A stretch of 64,000 bases of DNA, from contig JBBTUG010000006.1 in the NCBI GenBank assembly GCA_038063895.1, positions 6,701 to 70,700 of the forward strand, written 5' to 3'. A model generated the notes under the pieces. The model saw nothing but the letters and a program-made list of their open reading frames with translations. It was not told the origin of the DNA and did not search any database. Of this stretch, positions 26,830-33,913 are shown in pieces. Within the stretch, counting starts at the first letter, position 1; every line of letters starts with the position of its first letter. The stretch comes from Patescibacteria group bacterium. GTDB lineage: Bacteria; Patescibacteriota; WWE3; JAMCXX01; JBBTUG01. Both the position numbers and the translations under genes were made by a program.

Positions 26830-28593
26830 ATGTGCGGAATATTTGGTTACATCGGAAATAGAAAACAAGCCGGACCACTCGTACTTGCGGGTTTGAAAAC
26901 ACTCGAATACCGCGGCTACGATAGTTGGGGAATTGCCTGGCTGGACAACGGTTCAATTAAAGTCATTAAAAAGGTCGGAAAAATCGGTCTGGCAGCGCCG
27001 AAATTCCCCCCGTCCTTTCTGGCCTTGGGCCAAACTCGGTGGGCGACACACGGGGGGGTAACGGTGGCAAACGCTCACCCTCATTTTGACTGTCACCGAC
27101 GGGTGGCGATTGTCCATAACGGGATCGTGGAGAATTACCAGGAGATTACAAAGAGCTTTAAAAAAACCCATCTTATCCGTTCCCAGACGGATACCGAAAT
27201 TATCAGTCATCTAATTGAGGAGGAGTTAGTGATTCGGAATAATTTTACGGTGGCAGTGAGAGCGGCTTTCTTACGCTTAAAAGGGCTTAATGCGGTGGTA
27301 GCTTTGGATAAGGATAACCGGCAGTTGGTCGCCGTTAAAAACGGGTCCCCTTTAGCAGTCGGTTTAGGCAAAGAGGAAAATTATCTGGCCTCCGACGCGC
27401 TGGGGATTGCGGAACACACTAAAAAAATAATTTATCTGGGAGATAACGAGTTGGCTGAAATTAGCGGCAAACGGGTTTCCCTTTACGATGTAAAAACCGG
27501 AAAACCGAAAAAAATAAAGATCAGTAAAATTGACTGGCAGCAAAAGGATGAAGGCTTGGGAAAATATCCCCATTACTTAATTAAGGAGGTTTATGACCAG
27601 CCCCGGGTGCTGGCGCGGATTAATAAAGAAGCGGGTGGCGACATCTCTTACTTGTCCCGGTTAATTGCCCGGAGTTTCGGGACCTATCTAATCGGTTGCG
27701 GTTCGGCCGCTTACGCCGCTTTAACCGGAACCTACTTTTTCAGTGAGATCGCGAAAAAGCACGTGAATTTTTCTATCGGGAGCGAATTTACTTTCCAGGA
27801 GCATTTTATTACGCCGAAAAGTCTGATCATCGCCCTTTCCCAAAGTGGTGAGACGGCGGATATCCTCGAAGCGGTAAAAAAAGCCAAAGCTCGGGGAGGC
27901 AAAATTGGCGCTTTAGTTAATGTTCCGGGCTCTTCTCTTTTCCGTCTGGCCGATTATAAAATTCTCATCGGAGCCGGACAGGAACACGCAGTTCTTTCGA
28001 CCAAAGCCTTCACCGGCCAAATCGCGCTTTTATTGCTAACAGCATACAGTTTAGCCGGTCAGGCGGAGTCGGGCCGCAAGGTACTGGCTCGCGCGGTCCG
28101 CTCGTTAAAAATTGTGTTAAATAACCATACTCAGCGTAGGGTTAAAAAATTAGCCGTTATGCTTAAGAATAAGGACCATGTCTACGTTATCGGGCGGGGT
28201 GTTTCTTATCCGGCGGCGCTCGAGGGCGCTTTAAAAATTAAAGAAGACAGTTATATCCACGCCGAAGGTTTTGCCGCGGGTGAGCTAAAACACGGGGTAA
28301 TTGCGCTGATTGAATCGGGAACACCTTGTTTTGTTATAGCCCCACCTGATGAGACTTTCCCTGCAGCGCTGGCGGGGGCGATGGAGATGAAAGCGCGGGG
28401 CGGAATAATAATCGGCCTGGCCGCTAGGAACAACGAAATCTTTGATTATTTTATTGAAGTGCCCGATTGCGGACAGGCGTCGATTATTCCCAATGTAGCC
28501 GTTTTCCAGACTTTAAGTTATTATTTGGCAGTGCTTCGGGGGGCGGATCCGGATAAGCCGAGAAATCTGGCTAAAAGCGTCACCGTGAAGTAA
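26830..28593 (+). CDS. glmS: Glutamine--fructose-6-phosphate aminotransferase
   Basis: 'MCGIFGYIG' N-terminal Cys and two SIS domains. 587 aa. Confidence 0.9.
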   Translation: MCGIFGYIGNRKQAGPLVLAGLKTLEYRGYDSWGIAWLDNGSIKVIKKVGKIGLAAPKFPPSFLALGQTRWATHGGVTVANAHPHFDCHRRVAIVHNGIVENYQEITKSFKKTHLIRSQTDTEIISHLIEEELVIRNNFTVAVRAAFLRLKGLNAVVALDKDNRQLVAVKNGSPLAVGLGKEENYLASDALGIAEHTKKIIYLGDNELAEISGKRVSLYDVKTGKPKKIKISKIDWQQKDEGLGKYPHYLIKEVYDQPRVLARINKEAGGDISYLSRLIARSFGTYLIGCGSAAYAALTGTYFFSEIAKKHVNFSIGSEFTFQEHFITPKSLIIALSQSGETADILEAVKKAKARGGKIGALVNVPGSSLFRLADYKILIGAGQEHAVLSTKAFTGQIALLLLTAYSLAGQAESGRKVLARAVRSLKIVLNNHTQRRVKKLAVMLKNKDHVYVIGRGVSYPAALEGALKIKEDSYIHAEGFAAGELKHGVIALIESGTPCFVIAPPDETFPAALAGAMEMKARGGIIIGLAARNNEIFDYFIEVPDCGQASIIPNVAVFQTLSYYLAVLRGADPDKPRNLAKSVTVK

Positions 28594-28695
28594 GGTAGTA
28601 ATGCCACTAATCTTCTCCACGAATTAACCACGAATGGGAAGATTATTTGTGGACTATTCGTGAAGGGAATTCGTGGCGTTAATTCCAAAAAAACT

Positions 28696-29679
28696 ATGAA
28701 GAATTTTAAAATTACCGTCATTGGTGGGGGCACCGGAACGTTTGTGGTGCTGCGCGGATTAAAAAATTATCCGGTCGACTTAACGGCTATTATTACCGTA
28801 ACCGACAGCGGCGGTTCGACCGGCCGTCTTCGGTCTGAGTTCGGATTTTTACCGGTGGGGGATTTGCGCCAATGCTTAGCGGCTCTGGCCGACGACGACA
28901 ATGAAGCCTTAATAAAGCTTTTAACCTACCGCTTCAATAAGGGAAGGGGAATTAAAGGGCATAATCTCGGCAATCTTATTTTAACAGGGCTGCGCGATAT
29001 TTTCGGCTCAGAGCCGAAAGCGCTGGAGCACGCCGCTTCTCTTTTCCGGATAAACGGAAATGTTCTACCGGTCTCTCTGTCCCAAGCAACGCTTGGCGCT
29101 GTTTATGAAAATGGGAAAAAGCTTATCGGCGAGCACGAGATTGATCAGCCGAGTTTTGGCGGAGGGCTGCGGGTCCGCCGGATTTTTCTCAGACCGGAAA
29201 TAAGCCTTTACGCTAAGGCGGCCAAAGCGATTGAGGATTCGGATTTGATAGTTCTCGGCCCCGGAGATATTTACACCAGTACCTCCCCCTGCCTTCTCGT
29301 CAACGGGATGAGAGAAGCGTTAAATAAATCCCGGGGACAGTTGGTTTACATCGTAAATTTAATGAACCGATATTCCCAAACCCACAATTTTAAAGTTTCC
29401 GATTATATTAGCGAAATTGAAAAGTACGCCTGTCGGCCGGTAGATGTTGCCGTTGTGAATACCGGAAAAATCCCGGCAAAATTTCTTAAGTTTTACCTTA
29501 AAGAACGGGCAACGATACCTCTTGATGATTTAGCGGAGAACGAAAAGGTGCACGTCATCCGTGGGGATTTCGCCCGCCGGCAGTTAATTGAAAAGGTGGC
29601 GGGGGATAAACTTCAGCGGAGTTACTTGCGTCACGACGAGGATAAACTGGCGCGGGCGCTGATTAAGATACTGCTGTAA
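28696..29679 (+). CDS. YvcK/GlmR-like (UPF0052/CofD family) gluconeogenesis factor-like protein
   Basis: 'MKNFKITVIGGGTGTFVVLRGLK' and 'TVTDSGGSTGRLRSEFG' are family signatures. A likely real start at 28696 lies inside the ORF-track ORF 28660..29679. Confidence 0.7.
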   Translation: MKNFKITVIGGGTGTFVVLRGLKNYPVDLTAIITVTDSGGSTGRLRSEFGFLPVGDLRQCLAALADDDNEALIKLLTYRFNKGRGIKGHNLGNLILTGLRDIFGSEPKALEHAASLFRINGNVLPVSLSQATLGAVYENGKKLIGEHEIDQPSFGGGLRVRRIFLRPEISLYAKAAKAIEDSDLIVLGPGDIYTSTSPCLLVNGMREALNKSRGQLVYIVNLMNRYSQTHNFKVSDYISEIEKYACRPVDVAVVNTGKIPAKFLKFYLKERATIPLDDLAENEKVHVIRGDFARRQLIEKVAGDKLQRSYLRHDEDKLARALIKILL

Positions 29680-29680
29680 A

Positions 29681-30835
29681 ATGAAAGAAATGGAAAACGA
29701 AAAGAAAAACATCGGAGTAATATTTGGCGGAATGAGCGCCGAATGCGAGGTATCTTTAGCAACGGGGAGATACGTTTACTCGCTGCTAAATAATAAAAAA
29801 TTTACCGGAACGCCATTTTATTTGGATAAAAAAGGCACTCTTTGGCAGGTTCCAGACAAACTGGTAATCCAAAATACGACGACGGATATCGAGCAGCGCC
29901 TGGAGAAGGACGCGAGCCGGGTAAATTTCGAGGACCTTCCCGGGAAAGTCAGCTGTGTTTTTAATGCGCTGTTGGGCAAGTACGGCGAGGATGGCTGTTT
30001 TCAGGCGATCTTGGAATTGTTGAAAATTCCTTACACCGGTTCAGGAATTCTCGCTTCCGCGTTGGGGATGGATAAAAAAGTCCACAAGAAAATGCTCTCC
30101 GGGGCGGGGTTTTTAGTGGCCAAAGATCTATTAATTCGTAATTCGGAATTCGATATTCGGAAAGTTACGGAAAAAGTTTCCAGGGAAATCGGTTTCCCCT
30201 GCGTTGTGAAGCCGACCCGGGAAGGTTCAAGTATGGGAGTGTCGGTGGTTAAAGAAGAAAAGGGTTTGGAAACAGCGTTCGAGTACGCCTTTAAGTATGA
30301 TCAGGAGGTTCTTGTCGAAGAGTATCTGAAAGGGATGGAGTTTACCTGCGTGGTTTGGGGCAACGACGATCCGAAAGCTATGCTCCCTACCGAAGTCGTG
30401 TTCGAGGGCGATTTTTTTACGTATGAAGGTAAATACATGCCGGGAAAAACCCAGACGATTACGCCCGCCCGGCTTTCGGAAGAGGGCTTGGCCGAGATAC
30501 AGCGCCAATCCGTGGCGATTTATCAGCTGATTGGTTGCCAGGGCTATGGCCGGGTTGACGGCTTTGTCGTTCCTAAGACCCTAAAGGTCGGGGAGCCCAG
30601 ACCTTTAGGGTCTTTGAGTTTGTCTGATATCTCAATTTACATCGCTGAGCCGCACACGGGAACAATTATGGTTCCTTCGTCTTTCGTTTTTCAACAGGCG
30701 GCGAAGTTCCGGATTGATCTGTCCACAGAATTCCATGGAAAAAAAGGTTCGATTCCGATGACCCCGCGCATTTTGGTAACAAAAATTATTGAGTTAGCCT
30801 TCGAAGCGTTTAGCAATAAGAAAGGATTATTATGA
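29681..30835 (+). CDS. ddl: D-alanine--D-alanine ligase (paralog 1; Lys-Tyr retained at the K215/Y216-equivalent position)
   Basis: ATP-grasp motifs 'FPCVVKPTREGSSMGVS' and 'FFTYEGKYMPG' (K at 30431-33, Y at 30434-36). The C-terminus is extended by a repeat insertion. Confidence 0.8.
   Translation: MKEMENEKKNIGVIFGGMSAECEVSLATGRYVYSLLNNKKFTGTPFYLDKKGTLWQVPDKLVIQNTTTDIEQRLEKDASRVNFEDLPGKVSCVFNALLGKYGEDGCFQAILELLKIPYTGSGILASALGMDKKVHKKMLSGAGFLVAKDLLIRNSEFDIRKVTEKVSREIGFPCVVKPTREGSSMGVSVVKEEKGLETAFEYAFKYDQEVLVEEYLKGMEFTCVVWGNDDPKAMLPTEVVFEGDFFTYEGKYMPGKTQTITPARLSEEGLAEIQRQSVAIYQLIGCQGYGRVDGFVVPKTLKVGEPRPLGSLSLSDISIYIAEPHTGTIMVPSSFVFQQAAKFRIDLSTEFHGKKGSIPMTPRILVTKIIELAFEAFSNKKGLL
30577..30612 (+). 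repeat. 36-bp palindromic element, copy B (in-frame inside ddl paralog 1)
   Basis: Perfect 13-bp arms 'gaccctaaaggtc'/'gacctttagggtc' with loop 'ggggagccca'. It encodes KTLKVGEPRPLG. Confidence 0.85.
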
Positions 30836-31884
30836 GCGGCATATTAAGAATTGGTTTATTTATCGGCGGGCTGTCTTCGGAAAAGGAAATCTCTTTGGAA
30901 TCAGGGCGTCACGTCTACAACAGTCTTGACCGGGAAAAGTATGAAGTTCTTCCGATCTTTGTCGATAATGAAGCCCATCTTTGGGAGATTGAGGAGGGGT
31001 TGCTGTGGAAAAATACCACCACAGATCTTAAAGATGCCCTCGGTAGCGGGGGAAGCCGGGTTTACTACGAAGATTTAAGAAATAAGATTGATTTTGCTTT
31101 TATTTGCCTCCACGGAAAATACGGCGAGGACGCCTTCCCGGGACTTTTTGAGATACTGGGAATTCCCAACAACGGCGCCTCCGTTTTGGGAGGAGCATTG
31201 TCAATGGACAAATACCGCCAAAGGATGGTTTTGCAGGCGGCTGGGATCGATACTCCAAAGTATTTTCCAATCGAAAATTCCAAGTTCCAAATTCCAAATT
31301 CCAAAATATTTGATGAAGTAGAAGCTGTGTTAAGTTACCCGGTAATGGTGAAGCCGTCGCGGGAGGGAAGTTCAACCGCACTGCATAAGGTGAATAACCG
31401 GGGAGAACTTGAAGCCGCACTTTCCGATGCCTTTATTTACGATAAAGTCGCCTTGGTCGAGGAAGTTTTGGTCGGAACGGAGTTAACGACATTGGTTTAT
31501 GGCGAAGGCGAAAATATTAAAGCCCTGCCGCCATCGGAACTTCTCCGGGGAGGGGATTTCCTTACCGCCCAGGAAAAATTTCTGCCGGGTGGGGCGCAGA
31601 TGATAACCCCGCCGCGGCTACCTGTGGAAGTAGTTGAGGAGGTAAAGAGAGCAGCGGTGAATACGTTTCAGGCGTTAAGTCTTAAGGTCTATAGCCGGAT
31701 CGATTCATTTTACGTTCCGGGTCGGGGAGTGGTAATTTTGGAGCCGAATAACCCGCCGGCGATGACGCCCTCGACGGCTTTGTGGCTTGAGGCTGCCGAA
31801 GAAAACCTTAACGCTTCCCAATTGTTAGATGATCTGATCCGTATCTCCCTTGTCCTCCACGCCGCCAAACTCGGCCCACTTTAA
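30832..31884 (+). CDS. D-alanine--D-X ligase (Ddl paralog 2; Phe replaces Tyr at the Y216-equivalent position)
   Basis: 'YPVMVKPSREGSSTA' and 'FLTAQEKFLPG' (F codon at 31579-31581). About 350 aa. Confidence 0.75.
   Translation: MSGILRIGLFIGGLSSEKEISLESGRHVYNSLDREKYEVLPIFVDNEAHLWEIEEGLLWKNTTTDLKDALGSGGSRVYYEDLRNKIDFAFICLHGKYGEDAFPGLFEILGIPNNGASVLGGALSMDKYRQRMVLQAAGIDTPKYFPIENSKFQIPNSKIFDEVEAVLSYPVMVKPSREGSSTALHKVNNRGELEAALSDAFIYDKVALVEEVLVGTELTTLVYGEGENIKALPPSELLRGGDFLTAQEKFLPGGAQMITPPRLPVEVVEEVKRAAVNTFQALSLKVYSRIDSFYVPGRGVVILEPNNPPAMTPSTALWLEAAEENLNASQLLDDLIRISLVLHAAKLGPL
31278..31306 (+). repeat. Heptanucleotide tandem repeat (ttccaag/ttccaaa x4) inside the ddl paralog 2 coding sequence
   Basis: Seen directly. 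It encodes 'KFQIPNSKIF'. The unit length is not a multiple of 3. Confidence 0.7.
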
Positions 31885-31885
31885 G

Positions 31886-31914
31886 TTGACAAATTGCCTA
31901 TAGTGTGGTATAAT
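31886..31914 (+). promoter_or_regulatory. Perfect consensus sigma70 promoter: TTGACA - 17 nt - TG-n-TATAAT
   Basis: 'ttgaca' at 31886-31891, the 17-nt spacer 'aattgcctatagtgtgg', and 'tataat' at 31909-31914 with an upstream TGg extended -10. Confidence 0.6.
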
Positions 31915-31919
31915 AAACT

Positions 31920-32420
31920 CAGAGTCTTGAAAAAAGATTCCAAATCCCGAAAGGAGGTGCCATTCGATTATCTTTTTGGCGCTTTATTTGGGAATCCCCA
32001 ATCGGCAAGGGGATTTTGGGAGGTAAGTAACTCCCTAAGACGACGGCCACATTGATGGAACGCCCGTCGCCGAGACAGAAGGAAGCTGCCTTTACGGTCC
32101 GAACTGACTATCAGAGGCATCTGGTGGTTGGTTTGGGAGCACAGAGTTACGAGGATAACTCTGCGGTTAACCGGAAAGGATGGGTCGGATGAGGAAAGCA
32201 TCCCACCTGCTTCTGTCTTGAAGGAAATGGAGAAAGTTCCCGGCTAACAACCCCGTCTCCTAGCCAAGGTTGTTGTTCATTCTAACGTTGGAGAGCCTAG
32301 CGTCCTCGCGCAAAGCTCTATGCACCTTGTATGTTGCCACGATGAATACCGGTAAGGGAGAGAACCGAACGTTGGTCCCAACCCGTGATCCCACAGGGAT
32401 CACCATTCGCAATCGAGGAG
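31920..32420 (+). ncRNA. Candidate about 500-nt structured non-coding RNA or long leader (family unidentified), GC-rich
   Basis: There is no + strand ORF of 60 aa or more between the consensus promoter and the small ORF at 32427. GC content is elevated. Long-range complementary segments are present, for example 'agacagaag' at about 32073 with 'cttctgtct' at about 32207, plus local hairpins such as 'ggaatcccc/ggggatttt'. Confidence 0.35.
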
Positions 32421-32426
32421 GTTGCA

Positions 32427-32768
32427 ATGGGTAACAATTTCGTGGCACGGATCGCCTGGCGTCTGACCAAGGAGCTCGGGCTGACGCTCGAGATTCTTGA
32501 GACAGAAGTCATGCGGTCAGGCGAAGGCCCGGTTTGGAACGCGATTTACGTCCGGGTGAAGCGTATGAATCCCAGTACGTTGGGAATCATCGTTGCCACC
32601 GGTCGTGAGTTCGGTTCCAAATACCCGACCCTTTATCACGTACACTGCGGTACGTACGTGAATAAGTACTGGTCGGGGCGTCATACTCTGCGGGTTCTCG
32701 CCACCACAGCGCTCATATGCAAGATGTATGAGTTGCTGAAGGAGGAGGAGCTGCAGGCGCTGACGTAA
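32427..32768 (+). CDS. Hypothetical 113-aa protein with a strong SD ('gaggagg'), within the GC-rich module
   Basis: 'atcGAGGAGGttgcaATGggt'. The ORF is GC-rich and is followed by an intrinsic terminator. Confidence 0.4.
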   Translation: MGNNFVARIAWRLTKELGLTLEILETEVMRSGEGPVWNAIYVRVKRMNPSTLGIIVATGREFGSKYPTLYHVHCGTYVNKYWSGRHTLRVLATTALICKMYELLKEEELQALT

Positions 32769-32785
32769 CCGTGCTCGCGCCAAAG

Positions 32786-32827
32786 TGCCATGTTGGGGTA
32801 ACCTAACGTGGCATTTTCTTTTTTTAA
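32786..32827 (+). terminator. Rho-independent terminator
   Basis: Stem 'tgccatgttgggg'/'cctaacgtggca' followed by 'ttttcttttttt'. Confidence 0.55.
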
Positions 32828-32958
32828 TAGTAAATTTTCAATCGATTCATCTCATTTATTTTTGTTCGGTACTACTGATCTATTTTCCCCGGTTTTATAA
32901 ACATTTATCTACCAATATATACTTGCTATAGCAGTATGTTTTCGTCATAATCAAAGGG

Positions 32959-33840
32959 ATGAAGATAAGAAAGTGTAAATTAGAAGGTGACTCTAGGGAG
33001 TCCTGCCGCGAGCTCTTCTTAGTTGCCGGCTGGGATATAAAGACTACCAACTCCTTTTCCCGGTTTCTGGCCGAATTGGATGCAACCCCGGCCTCCAAGA
33101 TATTCATCGATTCAATGATCAAGTTTAAAGAAATGTATCCGCCGCTTCGAACCGGTCCCCGTCAGGTTGACTATTTAGGGCTCCTTCGCGGCGAAAATGA
33201 GTATAGGGCAATGAAACGGGCTCAATTTTACCTCAATAAGAAAGACCTTGTGAAGGTTTCCGGTGGACTAGGCGGCAAAAGATTAGTTTTGACAACCCGG
33301 GCCCACCGTATTTTTTACGAAGACTACCCTTTGGCCAAACTACGTCGGGAAAAGTGGAATGGGCTGTGGACAATAGTGATGTATGACTTACCGGAGAAAG
33401 AAAAAAGCTTTCGGGAGTATTTAAGACTAAAGTTAAAAGGACTTGGTTTCGGCAGTCCGCAGGAAAGTGTTCTAATTTCGCCATTGCCAATTGCCGCTCC
33501 GACCCAGGCGTTAATAGAGGGGGAGCAAGCTGAAAGATACGTTTGGGTGGTTTCGGCTCAACGGGTTTTAGGTTTGGACAATCGCGAGGTGGCGGAGAGA
33601 GCGTGGAAACTTGATGAACTTAACATGCTTTATAAATGTCTCTTAAAAGTTTCTCCGGTCGTTAAGGGGAAGAATGATAAGAGTCTTCTCGATGCGTGGC
33701 GCCGCTGCTTTTTAGCGCTGGACAATGTTGACCCGTATCTGCCGCTTGAACTTCTTCCTAAAGATTGGCAAGGAGAGAACTGCCGAAAAGTGGCTGAATC
33801 GTCAGGGTTCGCCGGGTTAATAAAGTCAATTTTTCAGTAA
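32959..33840 (+). CDS. PaaX-like family protein, paralog 2
   Basis: 'WNGLWTIVMYDLPEKEKSFREYLRLKLKGLGFGSPQESVLISPLP' is the same PaaX_C-like signature as the gene at 11571. Confidence 0.5.
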   Translation: MKIRKCKLEGDSRESCRELFLVAGWDIKTTNSFSRFLAELDATPASKIFIDSMIKFKEMYPPLRTGPRQVDYLGLLRGENEYRAMKRAQFYLNKKDLVKVSGGLGGKRLVLTTRAHRIFYEDYPLAKLRREKWNGLWTIVMYDLPEKEKSFREYLRLKLKGLGFGSPQESVLISPLPIAAPTQALIEGEQAERYVWVVSAQRVLGLDNREVAERAWKLDELNMLYKCLLKVSPVVKGKNDKSLLDAWRRCFLALDNVDPYLPLELLPKDWQGENCRKVAESSGFAGLIKSIFQ

Positions 33841-33913
33841 ACCCCATTTTTTTCTACTGCGAATTACTACAATTTCACCTTGCTATAGCTAGTAATATTT
33901 GTAGTAGATATAT

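Noticed and set aside
31920-32420. Identification of the GC-rich RNA as RNase P RNA, tmRNA, SRP RNA, 6S RNA or a group II intron.
   Set aside because: Only partial look-alikes were found: 'GGAGAAAGTTCCCGGCT' versus RNase P CR-I, 'ACAGAAGGAAGCTGCC' versus CR-V and the SRP motif. They are in the wrong order and inexact. There is no tmRNA 5' GGGG or 3' T-arm-CCA, and no domain V consensus. The family is left open pending a covariance-model scan.
31968-32783. Minus-strand ORFs 31968..32201, 32260..32448, 32318..32512 and 32517..32783.
   Set aside because: They lie antisense within the GC-rich module. High GC content inflates ORF length, and there are no RBS or domain signals.
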